From Anaerolineales bacterium (lineage in GTDB: Bacteria; Chloroflexota; Anaerolineae; Anaerolineales; E44-bin32): 58,263 bases of DNA. The position numbers and the translations under genes are program-made. Under the pieces are notes generated by a model, which was given only the letters and a program-made list of their open reading frames with translations, ran no database searches and was not told the origin of the DNA. Location: positions 1 to 58,263 of the forward strand of contig JBFFQB010000004.1 of assembly GCA_041573795.1 (NCBI GenBank), written 5' to 3'. Shown here in pieces: positions 19,634 to 29,300 of this stretch; the stretch's first letter is position 1, and every line of letters starts with the position of its first letter.

Positions 19634-19777
19634 CTAGAAATTGGCGATGACGTTGCTGAACATGTTTCCAACACCTGAGCCGAACAACGCCAGCATCACG
19701 ATGATAAGGATCGCTACTAGTATGATGATAAAGGCATACTCGACTAGCCCCTGGCCTCGCGGGGATGCCTTGAACAT
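19634..19777 (-). CDS. flp: Flp family type IV pilin (not in the ORF track)
   Basis: MFKASPRG/QGLVEYAFIIILVAILIIVMLALFGSGVGNMFSNVIANF: G|xxxxEY prepilin motif plus a hydrophobic helix; RBS GGAGG. Confidence 0.9.
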   Translation of the reverse strand: MFKASPRGQGLVEYAFIIILVAILIIVMLALFGSGVGNMFSNVIANF

Positions 19778-19941
19778 GAATGCCTCCGGATAAATAGACG
19801 GATAAACCGTTTAATAAATCTCTACAATAATTTCAGGATAAGTATAGGAATTTAGGCTTCTAGCGCCAATAGCACATAGGTCCAGCGGATATAAGCCAGC
19901 CATAATAGAAAGCTGGATGAGGGCAGACCAAGGGAGAAGCG

Positions 19942-20253
19942 ATGCACAAGCTGATGGTGGTATTTAAATCATCAGATGATTCACTGACGCTTGAAACGCT
20001 GTGGAGCACGGAGTTTGTGGCGCGTGCGGAGAGGATGCCTGGACTGCGGCGCGTCAGTGTCAGCCGCATTGTCGGGGGACCGGGCGGAGCGACGGATATT
20101 CATCTGGTGCACGAGCTCTATTTTGATGACCTTGAGGCGCTGAAAACAGCACTCGCTTCAACACAAGGCCAGGAAGCTGGACGGGCACTCACGGCCTTTG
20201 CCGGAGATAAGGTAAGTATCTTCTTTGCCCACCACCTCGAAGAGGACCGCTAA
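19942..20253 (+). CDS. EthD-family protein
   Basis: KLMVVF..., MPGLRR, ELYFDDLEALKTALAS..G. Confidence 0.8.
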   Translation: MHKLMVVFKSSDDSLTLETLWSTEFVARAERMPGLRRVSVSRIVGGPGGATDIHLVHELYFDDLEALKTALASTQGQEAGRALTAFAGDKVSIFFAHHLEEDR

Positions 20254-20310
20254 ACATCGTTTTGGTGAAGCGATAATTTGGTCTTTTTCCGATTTTATGC
20301 AGAGGCCAGC

Positions 20311-20829
20311 ATGATGCAAGGACCACATTTGACAGCCATGGATCTAAAAGCTTTTATCGATCGCCAGGAGCTTGAAGCGGATTTGATCGAGCTATCGGTC
20401 CCGACACCTACCGTCGAGGCGGCGGCAGCAGCACTTGGTGTAGAACCCACGCTAATTGTCAAATCGTTGTTATTCTGGGTCGGGTCCGATCCAGTTCTGG
20501 TATTAGCTAGCGGCCCAACACTTGTTGATCGCCGCAAACTGGCGGAATACTTCGGCGTTGGACGCAAGCAGATTAAACTCATGTCGTCCCGTGAAGTGCT
20601 TGAGATCAGCGGTTACCCGGTTGGAGCTGTCCCACCTTTCGGCCACGCTGTTGAAATCAAGACATTCATGGATCAGAACATCCTTTCGGATCCGATCGTA
20701 TATGCTGGAGGAGGGGCGGAGAACACGCTTATGCAGGTGCCCGCGGAGGAGATCCAAAAGATCACGCATGCGACCATGCTAGATTTCCTCTCAGCAGGTG
20801 GCAGGTATGAACCGGAGGGTTCAGATTAA
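20311..20829 (+). CDS. YbaK/EbsC (aminoacyl-tRNA deacylase) family protein
   Basis: TVEAAAAALGV, IVKSLLF, GAVPPFGH, YAGGG; start uncertain (20311 or 20338). Confidence 0.9.
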   Translation: MMQGPHLTAMDLKAFIDRQELEADLIELSVPTPTVEAAAAALGVEPTLIVKSLLFWVGSDPVLVLASGPTLVDRRKLAEYFGVGRKQIKLMSSREVLEISGYPVGAVPPFGHAVEIKTFMDQNILSDPIVYAGGGAENTLMQVPAEEIQKITHATMLDFLSAGGRYEPEGSD

Positions 20830-20832
20830 ATC

Positions 20833-21567
20833 ATGCGGTTTCAAGATAGGGCGCGCCCAAAGCGAATTAGTTTGTGGCTAGCGGCTGTAGCCATTCTTCT
20901 ACTGGTCGGGGTGTATCTACTTCTGCGCGACATTCGTCCTTTGGCTGAACGCATGACTCGCTTACGCCAATTCTGGTCGAATCCGCAAGCACATCGAGAT
21001 TGGATGATCAAGGTTGGAGAGCGTTGTGGTGAAGCACCGTTTTTAATGCCGACCGATGGCTTCATCGGTTCACTCTGGGGTTCGTCCTTCAGACCAGGGC
21101 ATGCACATCAAGGCATTGATGTCTTTGGCCCAAGCGGACCGGATGGTTTGGGGTTGGATGCGGTGGTTGTTGCCTACGATGGTTATCTTACGAGACTGCC
21201 GGATTGGCGCTCATCCGTGATCATTCGAGTTCCAAAGGATCCACTTCAACCGGGTCGTCAAATTTGGATGTACTACACTCATCTGGCTGATGCAGAAGGG
21301 AATTCCTTTATCCTTGAAGCCTTCTCCCCGGGGACTCAAGAGCTCTTTGTCAGTGCAGGAACACTCCTGGGCTATCAAGGTAATTACTCAGCCGATCCAG
21401 ATAACCCGACCGGTATGCATTTGCATTTTTCCATTGTGAAGGATAATGGTGAGGGTAGCTTTAAGAACGAGTTGGAAATCCGCAATACGCTCGATCCGAG
21501 CCCCTATCTGGGTGTTGATGTCAACGCAGAAAGCGTTGGGACTGCCATCATTGTATGCCAATCTTAA
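20833..21567 (+). CDS. Membrane-anchored M23-family metallopeptidase
   Basis: N-terminal TM; HQGID, YTHL, HLHF motifs. Confidence 0.88.
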   Translation: MRFQDRARPKRISLWLAAVAILLLVGVYLLLRDIRPLAERMTRLRQFWSNPQAHRDWMIKVGERCGEAPFLMPTDGFIGSLWGSSFRPGHAHQGIDVFGPSGPDGLGLDAVVVAYDGYLTRLPDWRSSVIIRVPKDPLQPGRQIWMYYTHLADAEGNSFILEAFSPGTQELFVSAGTLLGYQGNYSADPDNPTGMHLHFSIVKDNGEGSFKNELEIRNTLDPSPYLGVDVNAESVGTAIIVCQS

Positions 21568-21604
21568 GGCGCCAAGATATGGCGAATGAGGCTGGATCTA
21601 CCAT

Positions 21605-22321
21605 ATGCGCTTTAAGGATGTTGTTGTTCTTGTAACCGGTGCAGGCCGAGGGTTGGGGCGTGCGATCGCCCTGGCATTTGCGCGAGAAGGTGCGCGCCTG
21701 GCGATTAACGACCTCACCCCGGTGAATCTGGATATTACCGAGAATTTGCTGTCCAAGATGGGCGCAGATTGTCTCTCGATCACAGGCGATGTCTCTAAAA
21801 AGACCCAGGTTCAAGGAATGCTCGAGACTGTGCTTGATCGTTACGAGCGCCTGGATATCCTGATTAATAACGCCGGGGTGGAGCCTTCCAGTTCACTTCT
21901 GACTATAGATGAGTGGGATTGGGATCGGACCTTGGCAGTAAATCTCAAGGGTCCGTTTTTAGCAATGCAGTCGGTTGCCCGCATCATGAGGGAACAAGGT
22001 GGGGGAACCATCTTAAATATTGGTGCCAGCGGGTTAAAGGGAGAGTTCCTGGCGAACCGTCCCGCATATGCGGCCAGCAAGGAAGGTTTGTTGATGCTAA
22101 CCCGTGCAGCGGCCATTGAATTGGCGCCCTACCACATTCGGGTCAACATGGTCGCGCCCGGGCCGAGCCGGGCGGAGACAAGTGCTTCTGACCCAACCAA
22201 GCCTGATCCAGGCGTGGGCGAGGCAGCAATCGCTGACGCAGTACTCTTTTTGTGTTCTCCGAATGCGAATTTCATCACGGGTGAGGTCATTTCTATTAAC
22301 GACAAGATGGAGGTGGACTGA
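21605..22321 (+). CDS. SDR family oxidoreductase
   Basis: TGAGRGLG, NNAG, YAASK. Confidence 0.95.
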   Translation: MRFKDVVVLVTGAGRGLGRAIALAFAREGARLAINDLTPVNLDITENLLSKMGADCLSITGDVSKKTQVQGMLETVLDRYERLDILINNAGVEPSSSLLTIDEWDWDRTLAVNLKGPFLAMQSVARIMREQGGGTILNIGASGLKGEFLANRPAYAASKEGLLMLTRAAAIELAPYHIRVNMVAPGPSRAETSASDPTKPDPGVGEAAIADAVLFLCSPNANFITGEVISINDKMEVD

Positions 22322-22322
22322 T

Positions 22323-22997
22323 ATGGCCTATCTCGTCTGCGTTGAAGAAGCTGAAGATCGCTGGATTGCGCATGTGCCTGATTTGCCCGGATGCTTTACC
22401 TGGGCTGAGGGACGCGATGTCGCCATCCAGGCTGTGCCCGATGCCGTCGAAGCGTATCTTGCCTGGGCGAAGGGGCATGGTTTGCGGATCACTGGACTTT
22501 CGGCGCCAATGCAGGTCTCAGAGGTTATCCGGGCTTGGGAGTTCGAAGATGACAATATGGTCCAGGCGTTCTTTGCCACGGATCGGCCCCCACTCCATCG
22601 TGAAGAATTACGGGAATACCGATCACTCCTAGAGGCCACGCTGCGGGATCTTGCAGTTGCGTTGGAGGAGATTGGCTCCGAGGACATGCTGCAGACATTT
22701 CCCGATGAGCGTTGGTCCATCGCCGGTGTTGTGGAGCATGTTGCCCGGTCTGAATGGTGGTATCTCGATCGCCTGGGGCTAGCCTTCGCCCGCGATAAAA
22801 TGCCAGCCGATCCGGTTGAGGCCGTAATTAAAGTCCATCAACACATGCTCTCTAGCCTGGAGGCGCTGGTTGAACGTAGTGGCGTATTAACGGTTCGGGG
22901 TGAAACATGGTCATCACGCAAGGTGCTCAGAAGGACATTGTGGCACCGTCGTGATCATCATGAGCATATCTTGAAGTTACGCGAGAAGATTCGCTAA
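22323..22997 (+). CDS. HicB-like N-terminal domain fused to a DinB-like domain
   Basis: AHVPDLPGCFTWAE (HicB RNase H-like fold); WSIAGVVEHVARSE...WHRRDH (DinB His triad). Confidence 0.8.
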   Translation: MAYLVCVEEAEDRWIAHVPDLPGCFTWAEGRDVAIQAVPDAVEAYLAWAKGHGLRITGLSAPMQVSEVIRAWEFEDDNMVQAFFATDRPPLHREELREYRSLLEATLRDLAVALEEIGSEDMLQTFPDERWSIAGVVEHVARSEWWYLDRLGLAFARDKMPADPVEAVIKVHQHMLSSLEALVERSGVLTVRGETWSSRKVLRRTLWHRRDHHEHILKLREKIR

Positions 22998-23036
22998 GAA
23001 ATTAGGTTGCCAGCAGCGAAGATCGGGAGGCAAATC

Positions 23037-23810
23037 ATGGATTTCACACAAATCAAGCTGGAAGCACGTGGACAGGTAGGCCTGATTCAAATCGATCGAC
23101 CGAAGGCTTTAAACGCGTTGAACCGTCAGGTTATGCAGGAAATCGGTCAGGCGTTAAGACAATTTGACGATGATCCTGAGATTGGGGCTATTGTAATCAG
23201 CGGTGATCAGCGGGCATTCGCCGCAGGGGCGGATATTAAAGAAATGGCGGAGGCCTCCTCGGTAGAGATGCTCAACCGGGATACGATCGGCCTCTGGGAT
23301 CAGATTGCTGATGTGAGCATACCGATTATTGCAGCGGTTTCGGGTTGGTGCCTGGGTGGGGGAAATGAATTGGCGATGGCCTGTGACATGATTGTTGCGA
23401 GCGAGAGCGCAAAATTCGGTCAACCAGAGATTAATATCGGGGTGATCCCGGGCGCAGGCGGGACACAGCGCCTGACGCGCGCAGTTGGGAAAGCCCTCGC
23501 AATGGAAATGGTGCTCAATGATCGACATCTGACAGCAGCGGAAGCTTTACACTATGGGCTTGTTAATAAAGTCGTGCCTGACGAGCTCTATTTGGAAGAG
23601 TCCTTGAAGCTGGCAGCAGAGATCGCCGCTCGTGCGCCGTTAGCCCTTAGATTCGGGAAGGAGTTGGTCAACCAATCCTTCGAAACAGGCTTGGCAGAGG
23701 GGATTGCAGATGAACGCCGTAGTTTTTACTTTCTCTTTGGAACGACTGATCAAAAAGAAGGCATGCAAGCGTTCATCGAGAAACGCAAGCCTGAATGGCG
23801 TGGGGAATAA
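23037..23810 (+). CDS. Enoyl-CoA hydratase (PaaF-like)
   Basis: RPKALNALN, FAAGADIKEM, GGGNELAMACD, GQPEI, GAGGTQRL. Confidence 0.93.
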   Translation: MDFTQIKLEARGQVGLIQIDRPKALNALNRQVMQEIGQALRQFDDDPEIGAIVISGDQRAFAAGADIKEMAEASSVEMLNRDTIGLWDQIADVSIPIIAAVSGWCLGGGNELAMACDMIVASESAKFGQPEINIGVIPGAGGTQRLTRAVGKALAMEMVLNDRHLTAAEALHYGLVNKVVPDELYLEESLKLAAEIAARAPLALRFGKELVNQSFETGLAEGIADERRSFYFLFGTTDQKEGMQAFIEKRKPEWRGE

Positions 23811-23854
23811 CTGGTGCCTGAATCTGCCGATGGGGCCAGGCTGCTCTTCTCGCG

Positions 23855-24658
23855 ATGATCACCTACCGGGATTTCAATCGCGCGCTTACTGAGCTTGATA
23901 TTCAAGCTCATAGCCGCGTCATCCTGCATGCGGCCGTCGCTCCCTTTGGGTCTGTGGCTGGGGGGGTTGAGAGCCTGGTGGGGGCCGTCATTAATCAGTG
24001 CGAACTAGTGATTGCGCCGGCTTTCACACCCCAAACCATGGTCACGCCGAGCGTGGGACCAGAAAATAACGCACTCGAATATGGCAGCGAAAGCAAAGCG
24101 AACCTGAACGCGGCGATTTACGCTGCAGATTTACCCGTCGATCCGCAGCTAGGCAGCGTGAATGAAGTGTTGCGAGAGCATCCACAAGCGGAGCGATCGA
24201 TCCACCCGATCCTTTCCTTCTCCGGAATCAACGCCGACGAGGCACTTGCAGCTCAAACGCTGGAATCGCCCCTGGGTCCCATCGAGTGGTTGGCCAACTA
24301 TGATGGCGATATTTTGATGATGGGTTGTGATCAGCGAGCGAATGTAGCGCTGCACCTTGCCGAACAACTTGCTGGTAGGAAGACTTTTACTCGCTGGGCG
24401 TTGACAGCTGGTGGCGTGGTTGAGTGCTCCGAAATGCCTGGATGTTCTGAGGGTTTTGAGCAGATGCGGGGCCGTTTAGGCGCCATTGCCAGGACCACCA
24501 CGCTGAACGCGGTCGTATTAGAAGCAATCCCTTTACGTGATCTTCTTAACTTGGTGGCGGGATGGATTCGAGAAGATCCGCGCGCGTTACTCTGTGACCG
24601 CACCGGTTGTCCGCATTGTGCCAGCGTACGCAATGATGTACGAGTCGCACCAGATTGA
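23855..24658 (+). CDS. AAC(3)-family N-acetyltransferase
   Basis: LH...GSVAGG, PAFT, RSIHPILSF, LHLAE, GCSEGF, C-terminal CxxxxCxxC. Confidence 0.85.
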   Translation: MITYRDFNRALTELDIQAHSRVILHAAVAPFGSVAGGVESLVGAVINQCELVIAPAFTPQTMVTPSVGPENNALEYGSESKANLNAAIYAADLPVDPQLGSVNEVLREHPQAERSIHPILSFSGINADEALAAQTLESPLGPIEWLANYDGDILMMGCDQRANVALHLAEQLAGRKTFTRWALTAGGVVECSEMPGCSEGFEQMRGRLGAIARTTTLNAVVLEAIPLRDLLNLVAGWIREDPRALLCDRTGCPHCASVRNDVRVAPD

Positions 24659-24692
24659 TTTGCGTAATTGAAACGGTCCGAGGGAGTAAGTT

Positions 24693-25907
24693 TTGAAGAC
24701 CATCTACTTTGATAAAGATGTCCCCAGAGTCTTGCTGACAAAGCTGCTACAACCACTTTGGCCGGGAGTCATCTGGAGCCGAATTTCACCCGTTCGCTGG
24801 GTGGAACATAAAGCACCGGAACTTCCCGGACCTCGCTGGTTGCGGGTAAAGAATAATCAGTGTGGTATTTGTGCCACCGATCTCGCTTTACTTAAGGCTG
24901 AGGCCGACCCGCGCATATCGGGTGCGGCGGTTCCTGGGATCCAGCGGATCTACCTGGGCCATGAAGTGGTGGGAGAGGTGGTAGAAGTGGGCGCAGGTGT
25001 CACGCGTGCCAAGGTAGGAGATCGGGTGGTGATCGAAGCACGACCCTTTGGGAGTCCCAATTGTCACACGCAGGAACTTGATCCGCCTTGCCGGCCATGT
25101 CACGATGGTCAGAGTCGCTTTTGTGAGAATGGATCAATCGATGTAGGGATGAATGGTGTTGGTGCCGGTTGGGGAGATAGCTATACGGCGCATGAGAGCG
25201 AAATTTGGCCTGTGCCGCACGATATTGACGATGATCACGCTACACTGATTGAACCCCTAGCCGTTGCCGTTCATGCCGTATTGCGTAGACAGCCCAAGTC
25301 GGGTGATAAGGTGCTGGTCGTAGGGGGTGGAATTATCGGACTGTTGACTCTGCAGGCCATAAAGGCTCTTGAACCGGCATCCGAGGTGACGATCCTTGTT
25401 CGCTATCCACAACAGGCTGAGGCTGCTCATGTCCTGGGCGCTCATCACGTAGTGTTTGAAGAAGATTCGTACCGTTCTATGGCGGAGATTACAGGCGCCA
25501 AGCTCTACAACGCACCTATCAATCGAGGTATGTTGCTGGGGGGGTTCGATCTTGTTTTTGAATGCGTTGGGAAGGCCAAGACCCTGCTCGATAGCTTGCG
25601 CTGGACAAGATCCCGGGGTGCTGTGATCCTGGTGGGGACTTCATTTACATACCTGGATTTTGATCCAAGCCCAATTTACTACCAAGAAGTGGACTTAATC
25701 GGATCAAACACCTTTGGAACTGAATTTTACCAGGGTCGTACAATTCATACCTTTGATCTTGTGATTGAGCTAATCCGTGAGGGGAAATTGCGGGAGAGCG
25801 GGTTAATCACCCACCGCTTTCCCTTTAAGTCACTCCGTCAGGCAATTACTACGGCAAACGATAAACGTTCAGGCGCAATCAAGGTAATTCTCACATATGA
25901 TGCATAG
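24693..25907 (+). CDS. Zn-dependent alcohol dehydrogenase (MDR family)
   Basis: GICATD, GHEVVG, structural Zn Cys cluster, GGGIIG. Confidence 0.92.
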   Translation: MKTIYFDKDVPRVLLTKLLQPLWPGVIWSRISPVRWVEHKAPELPGPRWLRVKNNQCGICATDLALLKAEADPRISGAAVPGIQRIYLGHEVVGEVVEVGAGVTRAKVGDRVVIEARPFGSPNCHTQELDPPCRPCHDGQSRFCENGSIDVGMNGVGAGWGDSYTAHESEIWPVPHDIDDDHATLIEPLAVAVHAVLRRQPKSGDKVLVVGGGIIGLLTLQAIKALEPASEVTILVRYPQQAEAAHVLGAHHVVFEEDSYRSMAEITGAKLYNAPINRGMLLGGFDLVFECVGKAKTLLDSLRWTRSRGAVILVGTSFTYLDFDPSPIYYQEVDLIGSNTFGTEFYQGRTIHTFDLVIELIREGKLRESGLITHRFPFKSLRQAITTANDKRSGAIKVILTYDA

Positions 25908-25947
25908 GAAGGTGACCACATAAAAAGTGGTTTAGCAATCCTTCGCT

Positions 25948-26829
25948 TCATGTTCCAACGCTCTGATTAATGCTCCAGTCATATGGCAGGTACCGCAGAT
26001 TTAAGTCAGCGGCGGCAGGTAGGGCTCGAATCTCCTCGTCCAGTGTATGGCCTCTGATGAAATCAAGTGTGCCTTCCTTGCCACCAAAATCATCCAGATA
26101 CCAAGCAAAGATCTTTGATAACCAGAGTGTATTGCCTTGTGAATCCCATTTGACGGAATCTCCGTTGATAAACCCGCCTGCTGCCTGGTCAAGCTGTATA
26201 GCTAAACGTTCGGGGCTGTAATAGGCGATTGGAGGGCAAGATCTTGCCCCACAGACCAGTGCAAAATGGATTCGAGGATCAAATTGCTCCACCATGTATC
26301 GTGCGCGCGGATCATCCGATGTAAAGGGTCTAATCGGCAAGACGGGATTCGGACGATTCCGACGAAGGATCCCATGCTCAATATCATCTGCTGAGAAACG
26401 GCTGCCATCAATCATGTAGGCGGCCTCACGGAAGACCCCAGGCTTGCGCATCATGCTGCCCCGAATCTCATACTGGATGATGGCGTCGATAATCAGGGCA
26501 TTGTAAATATTGATCCAAAATGCTAAATAGGCGGGACCTTCACCCAGCTTGTCTACCGGGAAATGCTTCAGGGATAGTGCGAGATCGCGGAAATCCTGGT
26601 AGGTATCACTCTGTTTAAGGGAGGCGTAATCGATCAGACCGGATCCAGGATCGACTGCTTCTGCCAGGACCGCTTTGCTTGCCCTCATTAATTGCGCCGC
26701 AATATCGCCTTCATAGCTCGTCGGCGCACCTCGATTAAGAATCGCCTCGTGCTGTACCCGCAGCGCAAAGTCGGAGAGACGTCGTAGCGACGCGTTGAGC
26801 TTGTTTGAAAGAAGCATCGTTTTATCCAA
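25948..26829 (-). CDS. DUF547 domain protein
   Basis: AFWINIYNAL, DDIEHGILR, DPRIHFALVCGARSCP, LSKIFAWY. Confidence 0.92.
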   Translation of the reverse strand: MDKTMLLSNKLNASLRRLSDFALRVQHEAILNRGAPTSYEGDIAAQLMRASKAVLAEAVDPGSGLIDYASLKQSDTYQDFRDLALSLKHFPVDKLGEGPAYLAFWINIYNALIIDAIIQYEIRGSMMRKPGVFREAAYMIDGSRFSADDIEHGILRRNRPNPVLPIRPFTSDDPRARYMVEQFDPRIHFALVCGARSCPPIAYYSPERLAIQLDQAAGGFINGDSVKWDSQGNTLWLSKIFAWYLDDFGGKEGTLDFIRGHTLDEEIRALPAAADLNLRYLPYDWSINQSVGT

Positions 26830-26984
26830 CCTCAGTGGGTTTGACGGGTTTAACCTGTGGGATCTTACGGTTAAGCGCTGTCAGCCTGGGGGGTGAGATT
26901 TGCAAAAGCGCGCGGCTGCATGCATAATGCGCGCAGCGTGAAGCTATCCAATCCATAACAGTTAATTCACGAGGATAAGTAAGT

Positions 26985-27959
26985 ATGAGAGCGCTGGTTT
27001 TGGGTTCAACGGGTTTTATCGGTGGCCATATTGCGATAGCTGCCCTAGAAGCCGGATGGTTTGTGCGCGCACTACGCCGGGATCCGCAACGGACCGGGAT
27101 GCTTACCGACCTACCTGTCGAATGGGTTACCGGCGATCTTGATGCCCCCGAAGGTCTTGCCTCCACTTTCTCGGATATCGATGTCGTATTCCATGCGGCG
27201 GGCTATTACCCGCTCGATAGCAAGAACGTACCAGCTCAAGTGGCACATTCTATGCAGCAAACAGCCAATGTTGTCGATCTTGTACGCAAGTCAAGGGTTA
27301 AGCGGCTTGTCTATACATCGTCGTATACGACTATGGTCCCGCCTATCAGCAAGGCGGATACGCTCGCAGATGAGAGCGACTACTACCAACCGGGAATGCT
27401 GGCAAGGTCGGCATACTATGAATGCAAATTCGCCATGGAGCATCTCTTGCTAAAAACGCAACATAAGGGCTTGGACGTCGTGATCCTGAATCCAACATTA
27501 GTCCTCGGACCAGGAGGCGACTCGCGCGGAACAGGTGCCATGTTCATGGCTATGGCGCGCGGCTGGGTTCGGGCCTGGTTGCCGGCCAAGATCAATGCGG
27601 TCGATGTACGCGATGTGGCACAAGCTCATTTCAATGCAGTCGGGCGTGGGACTTCTGGGGAGCGTTACCTGCTCGGAGGTCACAATCTTATGCTGCGTCA
27701 ACTCATCGAAATGGTTGCACAAATGGCAGGAGTCAGAAAACCCGGGGTTAAATTGCCGCTGTTTCTTATCGATCTGCTTGTCTGGATGGAAGATCACATT
27801 CCCGGTGTTAATAGCTACGCCAACCACTTGCGCGCCATCCGTCACTGGCCTTATTTTACTAATGCGAGAGCCCGAAGGAAGTTGGAGATTGAGTTCAGAC
27901 CGTTAGAAGATACAATCAGTGAAGCTTTGGCAAGCTATAAGCTCAGGGGATATCTTTAA
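26985..27959 (+). CDS. NAD-dependent epimerase/dehydratase (dihydroflavonol reductase-like)
   Basis: GSTGFIG, FHAAG, YTSS, YYECK, VDVRDVA. Confidence 0.9.
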   Translation: MRALVLGSTGFIGGHIAIAALEAGWFVRALRRDPQRTGMLTDLPVEWVTGDLDAPEGLASTFSDIDVVFHAAGYYPLDSKNVPAQVAHSMQQTANVVDLVRKSRVKRLVYTSSYTTMVPPISKADTLADESDYYQPGMLARSAYYECKFAMEHLLLKTQHKGLDVVILNPTLVLGPGGDSRGTGAMFMAMARGWVRAWLPAKINAVDVRDVAQAHFNAVGRGTSGERYLLGGHNLMLRQLIEMVAQMAGVRKPGVKLPLFLIDLLVWMEDHIPGVNSYANHLRAIRHWPYFTNARARRKLEIEFRPLEDTISEALASYKLRGYL

Positions 27960-28016
27960 GCCCGTTCGATGTGGTAAGATTCCGCCGCTCATAGAGCACA
28001 CTTCGTCGAGGTAAGC

Positions 28017-28436
28017 ATGACTGAACCCGCAAAGATAACCATCATAGAAGGCCCCCCTCCCACATTTGAACTGGTTGGTGATGCTTGGATTTTTGGTTTG
28101 ATTGAAGGGCCACTGCCTTCGAATGTCGCAGTTTGTCGGGTGCGCACGGCCAATGGTCCAGCGCTGGTAGAGCGTTGTTATCGAGCATGGCGCGAGAGGC
28201 AACCGATTTACCTCGAATATCGCTCTGAGGATGGCCTCACCGAGCAAGCTCCCATCACAGCTGTGCGGTTTTTGGAATCGAATGAGGGCCACCTGCTGCT
28301 GCTCTGGGTGCGTCTCGAGGAAGAGGATATTGAAATCGAGTTTGAATTCGAGGATGAAATGGAGGATGACTTCGATTTTGACATCGATTTTGAAGAGGAA
28401 GACGACGACGATCAAGATCTTGATTATTCGATCTAG
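28017..28436 (+). CDS. Hypothetical protein with an acidic C-terminal tail
   Basis: RBS GAGG; globular ~100 aa plus a D/E/F-rich tail; own terminator. Confidence 0.8.
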   Translation: MTEPAKITIIEGPPPTFELVGDAWIFGLIEGPLPSNVAVCRVRTANGPALVERCYRAWRERQPIYLEYRSEDGLTEQAPITAVRFLESNEGHLLLLWVRLEEEDIEIEFEFEDEMEDDFDFDIDFEEEDDDDQDLDYSI

Positions 28437-28444
28437 GAGCCTCG

Positions 28445-28470
28445 ACCGGGCGCTTAAACGCCCGGTTTTT
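28445..28470 (+). terminator. Intrinsic terminator
   Basis: ACCGGGCG-CTTAAA-CGCCCGGT-TTTT. Confidence 0.8.
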
Positions 28471-28511
28471 GGTTAAACCCGAGTGGGTATTGTCGGGTAA
28501 GGGAGTAGGCC

Positions 28512-29297
28512 ATGGAGGATTACAGTTACCTTGATATCGCCCTGGATGGTGGCGTGTTGACGATCTTGTTAGATCGGCCGAGAGTCAACGCTTTTAGCCT
28601 TGAAATGATTGAAGAATTGATCCATGTGCTCAAGTGGGGCCGGGACGAGGATCGGGTCAGATCTATCATTCTCTCAGGCAAAGGCGACTATTTCAGCACA
28701 GGTCAAGACATCGATGTGATCCTGGCACTGGGTGATCAGATCCCGTATCAGGAGCATCTGGAGCAGACCTATAACCAGATCGTGAGGTTGCTGCGCACCA
28801 TGGAGAAGCCGGTGCTGGCTGCAATCAATGGACCTGTCGCGGGTGCTGCGCTGGGCCTTGTCCTGGCGACGGATATTCGTTGGGCTAATGACCGTGCCAG
28901 TTTTGTCTTCGGTTTTACGCGGGTCGGGTTAAGCGCCGACGCTGGAACGGCCTTCAGTTTACCGATGAACATCGGCTGGGCCAAAGCGATGGAGATGGCC
29001 TTCACGAATAAACCGATGTTGGCTGATGAAGCTTTAGCGTATGGATTGGTCAGCAGGGTCTTCTCGCAAGATGAGCTTATGGATCAAGTCCGGCAGCTAG
29101 CCCATGAACTGGCCACAGGGCCAACGCGGGCATATGGGTTGATCAAGCGAGCCTTCAATCACGTCATCTTTGAACAGCTGAACCGGACACTTCAGTATGA
29201 AGCCTTTCTTCAAGAGATCGCCGGAAGTACGCAGGATCACCGCGAGGGGGTGTTAGCGTTCTCAGAGAGACGTACGCCGCAATTTCGTGGGTTGTAG
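28512..29297 (+). CDS. Enoyl-CoA hydratase/isomerase (PaaG-like)
   Basis: FSTGQD, KPVLAAINGPVAGA, GLSADAG, DHREGV. Confidence 0.9.
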   Translation: MEDYSYLDIALDGGVLTILLDRPRVNAFSLEMIEELIHVLKWGRDEDRVRSIILSGKGDYFSTGQDIDVILALGDQIPYQEHLEQTYNQIVRLLRTMEKPVLAAINGPVAGAALGLVLATDIRWANDRASFVFGFTRVGLSADAGTAFSLPMNIGWAKAMEMAFTNKPMLADEALAYGLVSRVFSQDELMDQVRQLAHELATGPTRAYGLIKRAFNHVIFEQLNRTLQYEAFLQEIAGSTQDHREGVLAFSERRTPQFRGL

Positions 29298-29300
29298 CTC

